Positions 52,371 to 64,000 of a stretch of DNA of 64,000 bases are shown piece after piece. The translations under genes and the position numbers were made by a program. The stretch's first letter is position 1. Every line of letters begins with the position of its first letter. Under the pieces are notes generated by a model that had not been told where the DNA came from, did not search any database, and saw only the letters and a program-made list of their open reading frames with translations. This DNA is from Takakia lepidozioides (Eukaryota > Plantae > Bryophyta): assembly GCA_030704615.1 (NCBI GenBank), contig CM060734.1:9610001-9674000 (forward strand), given 5' to 3'.

Positions 52371-53500
52371 TTTGACATGATACTGCCAATGTGACAACAG
52401 GAAAGTATCCAGAAAAAGGTCACAGAGACGAGGAGAAGTTGTGGAATGAATACTTTTCCAACCCTAGTCATGGTGGACAACCGAGGGAAAAAGGTTAATG
52501 CCTGTTAGATTATAGAGAGCAGACGCAATTCAGCATAGGAACTAGCACATGATAAGCTGAGTTGGGTGTTTCCTAGAACAAATCTAGGCTGTCATTATCA
52601 GCTGCAAGGCAAGGAAGTACAATGCATGATTTGTGTAAAGCAGTGATAGCTGAAAGAGCAGGGATAGAGTATGGGTCCAGATTCATCCAGAGGGGCCAGA
52701 TTTCAAGCACATGATTACCTATGATTACCTGTGGATCAATAGCTATAAGAAACCTGCATGGGTAGATGGTGAACTGGAAGCCGCAGGAGTAGCGGCACAA
52801 TTGATAAAATCAGGCACTGCTAATAAATGCACCTTCTTCAACACATTTCACCCTGTTTTCCCTCTTATCAGAACCGGCCCTAAATTTCAATGTCTGCAAG
52901 TTAGCTGGTTGAGTGAATCTAGGTTGGAGTGACTTTGACATGATATTGCCAATGTGACAACAGGAAAGTATCGAAAAATAGTTAACGGAGATGGGGGGAA
53001 GCTGTGGAATGAATACTTTTCTGACCCCAGTCAATGGTGGGACAACTGAGGCAAAAAGGTAAATGCCTGTTGGATTACATAGAGTAGCAGATGCAATTGA
53101 GAGTAGGAACTAGTGTGATAAGTTGAGTTGGGTGTTTGCTGGAACAAGTGTAGGCTGTCATTGTCAGCTGCTAATAGCAATGCAAGGATATATGCATGAT
53201 CTGTGCAGAGGCATGGATAGCTGAAGGAGCAGGGATAGAGTGTGGGTCCAGATCATCCAAGAGAGCCGGATTTCAAGCTCCAGATTACCGATGATTCCCT
53301 GTGGAAGGATAGCTACAAGAAACCTGCATGGATAGATGGTCATGGGTAGATGGTAGATAGTTTGGAGTGACTTTGACATGATACTGCCAAAGTGACAATA
53401 TGAAAGTATCCATAAACAGGTAACAGAGATGAGGAGAAGCTGTGGAATGAACTTTTCTGACCCCAGTCAATGGTGGGACAACAGAGGCAAAAAGGTGAAT
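52371..53500 (+). pseudogene. Tandem intron-split OSB-type PDF motifs; another PDF half at 39665-39755
   Basis: LWNEYFSDPSQWWDN(R)GKK|intron|IHPEGPDFKHMITYDYLWINSYKKPAWVDGELE. WWDN halves near 52440, 53005 and 53440; PDFK halves near 52695 and 53265. Confidence 0.75.
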
Positions 53501-55137
53501 GCCTGTTAGATTACAGAGAGTAGCAGACGCAATTCAGCATAGGCACTAAGGCAAACTCTCCTTCCCCGTAAGGGTGTGTTTTGGTATCTGAGCGAATAAA
53601 TATTTTATCTAAGAATATAATTTCAAAAATTCGTTATTTAATAATGTGCCACTGTCCCCTGTTGGTCAAAAGTAATAATAATAATAATTATTATTATTAT
53701 TGTAGTAATTATAATAACAATAAATTGAAATCCCCCCCCCCACAACGATGCTTGTCAATTGACATGAGGAACCACGTGTCAAAATCACGATGCGACACGT
53801 GCTGACGTCTGATTCCCTCCTCTACAGTCGGGATGGCGTCGCAGTCTGACACGTGGCGTGTTATGTAGAGAGCACGTGTCTCTCTTACACAACGGCTGAC
53901 ATGGACCCGTTCAGTCATTCAGTAAAGCCAGCGTGTATGACTACCCCCACAGCTGCTCAGGCGCCACGTCACAGCCAGGCTGGCGAGTTATATCTGCCAT
54001 GCCACAACTGACTAGGATTTTACGACTGTAGAATCATGAAGTCGTAAATGGCTTTCATAACTGCATTTGCAGTCATAACACAGAGTCGTAAAAGCCGCAA
54101 TCTGTTGTAATGTAAGTAGATGGAACATGGTAGATTGCAGAAGCAATGTGATACTTAATTATAGGCAGTAAGGTAACTTACTAAACATGAATGCATGAAG
54201 GAATAGAAATAGGAAAGCACCCCCATGATACACTAGTTGTAGGTCATGATTGATTGTTCTGAGCGGGAGGAGTACTTAGAGATATCGAACTCTTCTATCT
54301 TGGAGTTTCCACCTCGGATAGCGAAGGGATGGGTGAGTAAAATCTGCTCAATAGCTACACAGGTTGCACAGCCCATAGGGGCGGTGACAGGTGGACACAA
54401 GTTGTCAACGGTGAAGTGGCCAAGAAGTACAAAAATAGTTTGGGAGCTAAACTTGGAGAATTTGCCACGGGGCCAAAAAGATACGGGAGAGTGTTTGAAC
54501 TCAAACACGTGGCTTAAAGTGCCCGGCTCTCCGCATTGCATGATCTGCAATGGCGAGCCCCATTGCACAAAATGACAAACAGAGCCGCCGAGGTACTTGT
54601 CCGCTACTACCGCCGTAAGTAATCTGGGATCAATAAATGCAGGCTGTTGAAAGTTCTACATGAATACCTAGAAGGAGGTTGTGCCAATATTGTGATCATA
54701 GTGGTCATTCAAAAAAAAAAATGTGAAATGCGGAGGAGGGCAATTTGGGAAAATTACCTAGCAACTATTCATAAGCCGATCAACGGAGGAAAAACGACCA
54801 ACAAGGCTTCTTTTAAAAACCAAGATCAAGAAAAACGGGTAGTTATGAGCGGCAGGGTAGGTGTTGTTCCTCATAACCACTACCGAGAAAGAGGGCGCAG
54901 TGCAGGCTATAGACTAGCAGCTATGGCGGGCGTTACAGATTACACGCTAGCTGTACTCCTTACGCAGTGGCGCAAGGACGTACATGACGCGCGTACCTTC
55001 TATCTCACTCATTGTTTGCAAGCCCCGCAGGCTTACACACATTTGCCCGTTCCATTTTGCGCAAACCATACTTTCATGTTATACGTGTTGCAGAGCTTCT
55101 TGCAACTATTCCAACAAGACCTTCTTGTTTGTCCGGT

Positions 55138-58100
55138 ATGAAGCGAATCAGAGAGATGGAGGACTTACGGGTGAAGAGCACTACGATACTTCAGAAGCAG
55201 ACTATTGCCACTCCACAGGCAGTGCAACTATTGAAGGAATTGAGGTTGGAGGGACTGTTGCGCAAAGAATGTCTTTGGCACCACAGAGATTTGATGATTC
55301 AGTTCATCAATAACTTTGAACCAAAGACAAGAGCTACACATGTAAAGGGTGAGAATATACAAGTTACTCCACAGTACTTGCAGCAGCTCTTTGATTTACC
55401 AACTGGTAAAATGAGTGTGGATGAGCATAGGGCAAACTTGCAAATGGTGAATCTTTTCCAGGAAAATAACTTCTTCAAGACCCAGGGATATACTTGTACA
55501 AAAGCTGAGTATCCAGGTTTAAGGGAAATAGGCTAGATACTAAACATTTGTTTTGCTATGAATTAGAACCAACAGTATCTCAGCAGATCCTTTATTGAAG
55601 ATGTTTTGAAGGCTTTGAAGGGAGAGGATGTAGCTTGGGCGGAAATGATGCACAGTGGCCTGGTGGAGGAGATGAGATGGCTGCAAACCACTACTACCAA
55701 GGCCCCAATGATCCCCGGAGATAGTGTTGATGCATCACCACTCTCACAGAGTGTAGCTACCAGTTTAAACACTGGGGGCGGCTACGGCAATTTGCCAAGC
55801 TCCATTGTTTTCTGCCACGACAATTGCAATGCCAGGGATGCGGATCCACAAAGAGGGGAAGCAAGTCGGCAGACAAGGCTTCCACAGTCTTTCACATTGG
55901 CTGAGACAGTGCCAACTATGCTATCGATGACACCCACTCGCCCAAGTGTGTCAGAGGTAGAACCACGAGTGTCATTGGAGAGAGTTGGTATGGCTCAGGA
56001 AATACTAGTGAGTGGTACTGCAAAGCAAGGTGCAGCCAGTACAAAATCCACATCCGCTCCTCTTGGCTCAAGGGCATGCGTTGTTGCTCGAGTGACAGCA
56101 ACTGCAGAGTCCACATGTAATGGTCCTGCAAGTGCGGCTCCACACAAGAAGCCCATACCAATCTGGTCTTCCCTAGGCATAGGAGGTTATGCAGGTGGGG
56201 CTTGGTTATCCTCGCAAGGAGAAGGGGGGTTGGAGGGGCAGCACAAAACCAAAAGACAGAAAAAAAGAGAAACCACTGTGGTAGTTCAGGCTACTCCACT
56301 TGCAACAAGGATCCCTCACGATGATGTTTCCATAGCTCCTGCACAAGAAGGGGTGCAGCAGCACAAGGAGTTGACATTACATGAAGCACAACCACTAGAG
56401 AGGGAGGAAGAAGTCACCTCGGTACCACGGCCAACACAACAAGCTAACCAAGTTGCCCCGGAGGTAACTCAGACTGGTCAAGTACAAGATCCAGTGGGAA
56501 CTTGGCCTGATTGGTTTGTGAAACACCAAACTAATGATAATCAGGAAGAACAATAGTAGGTTTTCCAGGAAGATCCACAACAGGCCATGGTTATGAGTTC
56601 CATAGGCAGGACTCTTAACCTGTTGGGCACCTACTTCAAGACTCATGTTCCTTCCACTCAATTGACAGCATTGCGGGAGGAGTTCAAACAAGAGTTTGAG
56701 GCCAGGATTGTAACTGAGTGTCAAACCAAAGTGGAGGCAAGCCTCAAGTTGCAACAGGACTTGGAAGAGTCTAAAGCTGCCCTGCAGCTTGAAAAAGAGA
56801 ATTTAATCAGGGCAGGTCTTGAGCAGGAGAAATTACATTAGGTACATAAGTAGCAGCTATACCAAATGCAAGTTCAGCATGAAGGGAATTTGCAAGAAGT
56901 GAAACTACTTAATTATGGATTGGAAGCAGCTAATCAAAAACTGGCCATGCAGTATGCCACATTGTCGGCTAATCTGGAGCTGGCTGCAGTGGAAGTCAAG
57001 AAACAAACTGAGAGATGTGCATAGGCGGAGACAGAGGCACATGACTAGGGGAAACTCATTGCTAACATGAATGATACTCTCTATCGCAATGAAAATACCA
57101 TTCAACAGTTGAAACACCTCAATGACAAGAAAGACAAACAACTTTTGGAGTTGCAGCAAAAGGTCATAGTGAGGGATAATGAACTTTCTGTGAGTGAAAG
57201 GGCATGGAAAGAAGCCAATAATCTGTCAGCTGCCTATGCAACTCTGGTCGAACCTCATGCCAAGAGAATGGAGAGTTTACAACAGCAGTTGGAAGCATAC
57301 AGACTCAAGGAGGAGCAGAGTGTCCGAAGTACTACACAGGACTTGGTGGACAATCACCTTTTACATGAGTGGTTGACACAATGGCCAGTGGAAGGGAAAG
57401 CACCTAGGAAATTGACTCAAGATGAGATGAATGATCTCAGGCAACGGGTGCAAAATATTGCCACAACAACTATAGACAATGTCTATAGTTGAATAACTGA
57501 GTTGCAGGAGGATGTGGAAAGACTTCAGACTCTAGTGGATGGGTTGAGTTCCAACATTGAGAAGAGGGCATTTGTTCCAGAGGAACAACTACTAGCTACT
57601 TACTTGCGGGCAAGGACTTTGGTTTCTCAATCTCCAGCACAACAAGTACCGGCCTTGCCAACACAATGAGGGACTGTGGCAACTACAACAACCACTTCAG
57701 GTAGCCAGTGTTGATACCATGGCACAGCAGCAATCAGTACCTGAGGTTTGGGGTGACTCTTCTTTTAACCCACCTACTACAAAGCTATGATTATTCCCTT
57801 CAACAAAATTCCTACTGTTATGGATGTGTGGCTTGGAAAGAATTCAGTCCTCCTGAGTCCTTGGCACATTATTACCAGATCATGCGCATATGGTTGCCAT
57901 TGGCAACTCGGACCAAGGTTCTTCCAACCAATAGACCCATTGAGGATCATCATTTTGCACGTTGTTGGGCAGAGGCAGGAACAATGCTGAAGGAATCACT
58001 TGCCTTCCAGATCATTCACGGGTTCATTTACACCAAGACCAGGGAAGTAGCTAGTCTTGTCATGGGCTGTGGGATGTACTATGCTGCTTGCTTTGTTTTA

Positions 58101-58547
58101 CGCTACCACACCGAGTAGCAGAAAATGCAGACGAGGTTCCAGACTTATTCCAATGGGGAGCATTGGACATTACCTCCAGTTCTAGACCACAAGTATCTGT
58201 ATGATGTGAGGGTCATGCTTCAACGGGATCCAAAACTCCGTCTTTGGTTTTCTTATGCTTTGGAGCACTTAGGAAAGGAGCACTTGGACTATGACCACAT
58301 TTTTCCCAAGGGGCATGAGGCCAGGAAATGGCTGCAATTTTCAAAGGTGATAGGCACGCCACTCAGCTATACAGATGAGGAGCTACGGGCTTATACTAGT
58401 CTTGCTCGAAAGAAGTTGGCACAAGTCTTATCACACAGTGTTCCTAACATGGTGGGCACACACTGTATGCCAATTAAACTTCCAGTGAAGCCCAGGAAAC
58501 CGAAAGGCCAGAGGGGGGACAATGATTCTAATACCAGGCAATTTTGA
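55138..58547 (+). pseudogene. Retrotransposon accessory ORF (plant transposon-protein-like N-terminus, long coiled coil) upstream of a PPT and LTR
   Basis: LMIQFINNF...HVKGENIQVTPQYLQQLFDLP; coiled coil at 56600-57500; serial in-frame TAG/TGA stops. Confidence 0.6.
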
Positions 58548-58796
58548 CATGGCTGAGGACTATGAGAAAGCAATGGAAGAGAAGAGGCGACGAGGATCTC
58601 ATATGCCTGAGAAATTGCCACCATATCAACCCAAGACAGGACAGTCTGCTCCACCTAGTCGGCAGTCATCCCCACCAGCCAAAGACACGGATCGGGCTCA
58701 TATACAGAGCCCTCCTAAAGGCTCTCATCAGCATACTGGTGCCATATTTCAGAGGTTTACTGGCTCTAAGTAGTAAACCGTGAGGGCACGGCTTTT

Positions 58797-58818
58797 TGAG
58801 AGGGGGGGGGGGGGGATA
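58797..58818 (+). promoter_or_regulatory. Polypurine tract
   Basis: GAGAG(n)ATAA directly before the LTR start TGTTATAGGG. Confidence 0.75.
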
Positions 58819-58819
58819 A

Positions 58820-59703
58820 TGTTATAGGGCTGTCTGGGACTTAGATGTTGTCTGGGACTTAGACAGTTTTACGGGTTCTGTGGGGTACCCTTAATTTTGC
58901 GCAGGCCTTAAGGTGTGGGAGACTCAAACCAGCATAGGCTTTAGGGGTGGCAGACAGGCTCACACAATCAGCGGTCACAAGCTTACACAGCCTAACACAG
59001 TTTGTCACAGCCCGACATAGCCAATCACAGCCCGACACAGCCGACACAGTCCGTCACCGCACCACATGACACAGCCGACACGAGTCACAGGGTACTGTTC
59101 TCACTGGCGGGGAACGAGAGTGTGGGAACGTCATCAACATAGGGAACGACGGTACTTACGTACTGTTTGGCTGGCAGTTAGTTAGTTAAGCGGTTAGAAT
59201 AGTTTGCAGATACATTATGCATAGTAGCTACATAGAGGGCATCATTTCTTGGAGCACGATCTGGGAGCACAGGGACGAGAGAGCACATGGAGGAGGAGAA
59301 GATGATCTGATGTAGCTTGATACATGCAAGCTGTAGAGATGTACTATAGGGTAGAATAGAGACACCATGACTTCGGCCTGACACACGATAAATATTAATA
59401 CGATTCCTATTTCATACTCACACTGTGTAGAGAGACCTGAGTGAAACTGTGGAATGAATGCTTAAGAAGATGGAACATGGAAGATTGCAGAAGCAATCTG
59501 ATACTAAATCATAGGCAGTAAGGTAACTTACTAAACATGAATGCAAGAAGGAATATGTATAGGAAAACACCCCCATGATACAATAGTTGTAGGTCATGAC
59601 TGATTGTTCTGAACGAGCTGAGTACTTAGAGATTTCCAACTCTTCTATCTTGGAGTTTCCACCTCGGATAGCTATGGGATGGGTGAGTAAAAGCCGCTCA
59701 ACA
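58820..59703 (+). mobile_element. 3' LTR (884 bp)
   Basis: TGTTA...TCAACA termini, preceded by a PPT; homologous to the split LTR at 36.1-36.9 kb and 54.1-54.35 kb. Confidence 0.85.
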
Positions 59704-59719
59704 TGCCTCAATGATCTTT

Positions 59720-62225
59720 GATCACATGGAATATAATGTTGGTAGGATTTCTCAAGCATGGACGTGGTACGAATGCCTTGGAGACTTGTGAGCAAATGAT
59801 GTGTGAAGGGGCGAAGCGCACCCACATCACGTTTGTTTGTGTTTGCAATGCGTGTGCAAGCCTGGAAAAGGGGAAGAGGTACCATGGTGACATCGGTCAA
59901 GCTGGAATTGCACCAGATGTCATTCTGAACACTGCCCTGACCTAGACATGTATGCCAAATGTGGATGCATTGAGGATGCAAAGGGAGTTTTTGACACTAT
60001 GGTTGAACGAGATGTGGTGTCGTGTAGTGCGATGCATGCAGGGTATGCACAGCAGGGACGTGGGATGGAGGCTTTGGAGACCTATGAGCAAATGATGGGG
60101 GAAGGGGTGAAGTCCGGCCACATCATGTTTGTGTGCATTTGCAATGCTTGTGCAAGCCTAGCAGCCCTGGAGAAGGGCAAAGAGGTGCATGGGGATATCA
60201 TCAAAGCTGGAATTGTACCAAATGTCATTCTGAACACTGCTTGGCAGCTTTGGAAAAGGGGAAAGAGGTCCTTGGCGACATCTTCAGAGCTGGAATTGTA
60301 CCAAATGTCATTCAAACCATACCCTAGTGGACATGTATGCAAAATGTGGGTGCATCGAGCCCTGGACAAGGGCAAAGAGGTGCATGGGGATATCATCAAA
60401 GCTGGAATTGTACCAAATGTCATTCAAACCATACCCTGGTGGACATGTATGCAAAATGTGGGTGCATCGAGCCCTAGACAAGGGCAAAGAGGTGCATGAA
60501 GATATCATCAAACCTGGAATTGTACCATAGTTCCTCACGAACTGGACCAATTCATGCTCGGTATGGATCCTAATCTCCGAGATTCAGCTACATAAGATAC
60601 ACTGGTGATTTCGTAGTTTTTATCTCCGGCGTCGAAAATGAGGCTGAGGAAATAAGAGCGGAAATCAAAAGCTTCCCTGAACAAGCATGTTCTGGAGCTA
60701 AATGTGTGAAATACTCACAATATCTAAGTATAAGTAGCCCTGGAAAAGGGGAAAGAGGTCCATGGCGACATCTTCAGAGCTGGAATTGTGAATGAGTTCT
60801 ATACCAAATTTGGATTGCAGTGGGCTGGCTGAATTGTCAGAGATGAAGCACATGAGCAGGAGGCACCTATCCCTCCATGTTTCGGGTTCACAACATCCAC
60901 GGATTGCTGCCAATAAACTTGGAAAGCTTTGGCCAGAACCTCATTTCGCTGTCATATGCTTGAAGAATGATATCAGACCCGTGCAACTAGTTCTTCAAAT
61001 CCTTATGTGTTTGTAGCATTAGGGCTCAACAATAATGTCATTCTGAACCATACCCTAGTGGACATGTATGCAAAATGTGGGTGCATCGAACTCTGGACAA
61101 GGGCAAAGAGGTGCATAGGGATATCGTCAAAGCTGGAAATATTGTATCAAATGTAATTATGAACATTGCCCTGGCAGCTCTGGAAAAGGGCAAAGAGGTC
61201 CATGGCGACATTGTCAGAGCTGCAATTGTACCAAATGTCATTTTGAACAATACCCTTGTAGACATGTATGAAGGGAGTGTTTGACAGTATGGCTGAATGA
61301 GATGTGGTGTTGTGGAGTGCGATGATTGCAGGATATGCACAGCAAGGGCGCGAGATGGAGGCTTTGGAGACCTATGAGCCCAGGTGAGGTGTTGTAGTCG
61401 CCACAAACTATAATACCACAATGGTAATTGGGGGGTCCGTATGGCAATGGTGGGTGTTATGGTCACCACCGACTATATTATCCCCACTCAAAGCTTGACC
61501 TCTATAAAAATGGCAACGAACCCAGGATAGATTGGGGAGGTTGAAGGAAACGGTGTTGTCGGCACCAACTTCAAGCAAGGGACGTAAACCAGCTGGCCTC
61601 TGAGGGGGTTCTCTCTTCCAACCTCGCAAAACGAGGCTCTGCACAACACATGTAAAAGGTCTTTGCGACTGGCTCCAACATGTCGTGGACAAATAGGAGA
61701 TCAATCAAAATTGGTTGAAAGGACCAACGAATGGTTTTCGATCTGCAAAGGGGTGAAGCTCCACCACGTCACATTTTGTTGCGTTTGCCAGGCTGTGTGC
61801 AAAGCCTGGCCAGCCCTGGAAAAAGGCAAAGTGGTCCATGGTGACATTGTCAAAGCGGATGGAATTATACCCAAGTCATTCTGCTGACTCTGCCCTGGTG
61901 GACATGTATGCAAAATATGGGAGCATTGAGGATGCGAAAGGAGTGTTCAACACTATGGCTGAACGAGATGTGGTGTCGTGGAACGCAATGCTTGTAGGGT
62001 ATGCACAGCAGGGGCGCGGGATGGAGGCCTTGGAGACGTATGAGCAATTGATGGGGGAAGGGTGTGAGTGCAACCACATCACGTTTGTGTGCGTTTGCAA
62101 CTGTTGTGCAACTGGCAGCCCTGGAAAAGGGCAAAGAGGCGCATGGTGACATCACCAAAGCTGGAATTTTACCAGATGTGATTCTGAACAATACCCTCAT
62201 GGACATGTATGCCAAATGTGGGTCC
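59720..62225 (+). pseudogene. Cluster of decayed, locally duplicated PLS-class PPR repeats
   Basis: DMYAKCGCIEDAKGVFDTMVERDVVS...GYAQQGRGMEALETYEQM; ALEKGKEVHGDIIKAGIVPNV repeated many times with frameshifts. Confidence 0.9.
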
Positions 62226-62353
62226 ACCGAACGGGGATCACCGAGCATTTGGGTGGCATGGACCCAACAAACACACGCCGTGGGCCCAGCCAGAGTCTAG
62301 TTTTTGTGTAGGATGGTGCTGGTTCTAGAGTACCGAAGTCAACGGCATTTGCC

Positions 62354-63702
62354 TTGGCCATACAACAATCCTTGTTTGAGGCGCGTCCACTGCAGAAGTC
62401 GGTGCTGACTTCTGAGGTGAAATGCATCCACTGCGACATCTTCGCACTTGTTGAGCAGCGCATGGCAAACAAATCCACCATGAAGAGGTGGCCAGCGGAG
62501 AGGGCAATGGTGGATGCGTTCATTGAACATCACAAGAAGAGGAGGGAGTCTGTGCGGGGGGGAATTTTCGAGTCGTCCATGAAGGAAGGTGCTGACCTTG
62601 TCATTGTGGATATCCCATATGGGCAGATGGTGCAAAATTGCGGGGCAGAGGGTGTTGTGCCTGATTGGAATGTGCGGAAGCTTTCGCACATCAGCTCTAC
62701 CATATCACTGGCAAATGCAATCACGGATGATGTGGGACGACTCCTCATTTTCTGCAAGGGTGACGGCAGGATGGAGATGGAGCTTCGACGGATAGTGAGC
62801 AATGCGCCCTTTCGTTTTATGAAGAGGAAGTGGACCTGCATGAATGCCCTCCCGCTCCTGACAGGCAACGAGGAGCAGCCACAATGAACCCAAAACACCA
62901 CCTCCTTCTCATATTTTTCATGTTCCATTCCCTTTGCATGTGGGAAGTCGCCACAGACTTCCCAAATGCCTGAATGGTGTTCTGATCACTTCCTGTTGTG
63001 GGGGATAGCTGCACAGACTTCTCACATACACAGCCATGTTTTCATGGAAGAGAGTAGATCATCCTAGCTGTTCCCAAATCCACTACTGGTTTTTTAATAG
63101 AGCAGTAGTGAGGTAGGTGAGCAGTTTGAATTTGGTCGGAGTCCAGGTCTTGATTGGGAAGTCGGTACAGACTTCCCAGAATAGTGTGGGATAGACTTAC
63201 TAGTGTGCGTTGAGGTAATTGGGTTTTGTGTGCAGACTAGGGTGTTCTATGCTTTTTTGCTGTTGAAGAGCCCGACATACACCTACTTACTTGGCCGGGA
63301 TGCCAAGAAACTCAATTTGGACTTCAATCCGGTGGACACCGACATTGTGCGGAATTTCGTCAGCAAAGACAGCTGTACACAAGACCTAATGGGACCTGGT
63401 TCAGAGGCGCCAGAGAAAAAAGTCCAATGTCCCTACAGACTTTTATGGAGATGCTGACTGACGTTGGTGGCAAGATTGTCGACCTCACTGCAAACTGTGG
63501 CGCATCGATAGTGCTGGCACGGGTTTGTGGTCACCACTTACTGGCCTTGGAAGGCGATGGAGAGCTTGTAAGAGAGAAACTCATGGGCCTGCAATGTGAC
63601 ATGCCTGCTACCCCAGATCCCATGGCCGCAATGGACTTGACACCTGATGAGTGGTTCAGGGAATCTGGTGACCAAGCTGTGCATGTCCATGTATTGGAGT
63701 GA
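62354..63702 (+). pseudogene. Second beta-class N6A/N4C methyltransferase-like gene fragment (two coding blocks)
   Basis: IFESSMKEGADLVIVDIPYG...VPDWN; FNPVDTDIVRNFVSKD; PEKK...FMEMLTDVGGKIVDLTANCGASIVLARVCGHHLLALEGD. Confidence 0.7.
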
Positions 63703-64000
63703 GTAAGTTTGATGTTCCTGTCGTTCATTTTTTTTAAATTGGATAGTCGGCGCAGATTTGGCAATTCTTCTTTGCTCTCCTTGCGTGCCATGGCTGACCA
63801 TGGTTTCATTTCCTACTGCAGTGATGATATTCCCTCAATTTGCACAAGGAGGCCAGCTCCAACGACGCCAGATGCTCGCCGTGCTGCCTCGTTAATGGCT
63901 GCACGTCAGGAGAGAGAAAAGCGGAGGGCACATATTTCCGAGAAGAGGGTAGAGCTTCATTGAAAGGCAGCTGCTATTCTCTTTACCCCACCCAAACCTC

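Larger units (their letters stand above)
36892..54112. mobile_element. Non-autonomous CACTA element (17.2 kb including the nested MULE) carrying gene fragments
   Basis: TIRs CACTACAACATATTGCGGCTTTTATGACTC / reverse complement CATTACAACAGATTGCGGCTTTTACGACTC; 3-bp TSD TAA (36889-36891, 54113-54115). No CACTA transposase recognised. Confidence 0.9.
36148..54353 (+). mobile_element. LTR split by the CACTA insertion (halves about 36148-36891 and 54116-54353), related to LTR 58820-59703
   Basis: Joining GAATGCTTAA to GTAGATGGAACATGG reproduces GAATGCTTAAGAAGATGGAACATGG at about 59455-59480. Shared 3' end GGGTGAGTAAAA..GCTCAA(T/C)A. 5' start inferred. Confidence 0.75.

Noticed and set aside
36148-59703. 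One intact LTR retrotransposon bounded by the two related LTRs
   Set aside because: The LTR 5' ends differ, there is no matching TSD (TCCAC vs TGCCT), no PBS after 54353 and no own gag-pol between them.
59720-62225. Functional PPR editing factor
   Set aside because: Frequent frameshifts, stops and local duplications; no E or DYW domain seen.

Overview
Eukaryotic nuclear DNA, most likely a non-seed land plant (spliceosomal introns, PLS-class PPR repeats, plant-type mitochondrial uL22). The window is almost entirely nested transposable elements around one apparently intact host gene (mitochondrial ribosomal protein L22, 9.9-12.0 kb). Left to right: a SWIM-transposase tail; a Ty3/Gypsy gag with PBS and LTR; uL22m; a Helitron 5' end carrying a hAT MITE; a long minus-strand LINE (RT, chromodomain, PCIF1-like adenine-MTase fold, RNase H) interrupted by a MITE and by a 10.5-kb Ty3/Gypsy insertion whose pol has a complete C5-cytosine methyltransferase domain between protease and RT; an LTR split by a 17.2-kb non-autonomous CACTA element carrying LINE, PPR and OSB-PDF fragments; and, inside the CACTA, an 11.35-kb Mutator-like element with a 9-bp TSD. 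The Mutator-like element is the best candidate for a new system. Divergent from its DDE/SWIM transposase it carries a multi-exon gene for a ParB/Srx-like domain plus a beta-class N6A/N4C DNA methyltransferase-like domain, and that gene's non-coding segments hold about 11 copies of a 22-bp palindrome (TGAATGTCGTCAACGACATTCA). A second related MTase-like gene lies at 62.3-63.7 kb. All domain calls were made by eye from motifs; no database searches were run.
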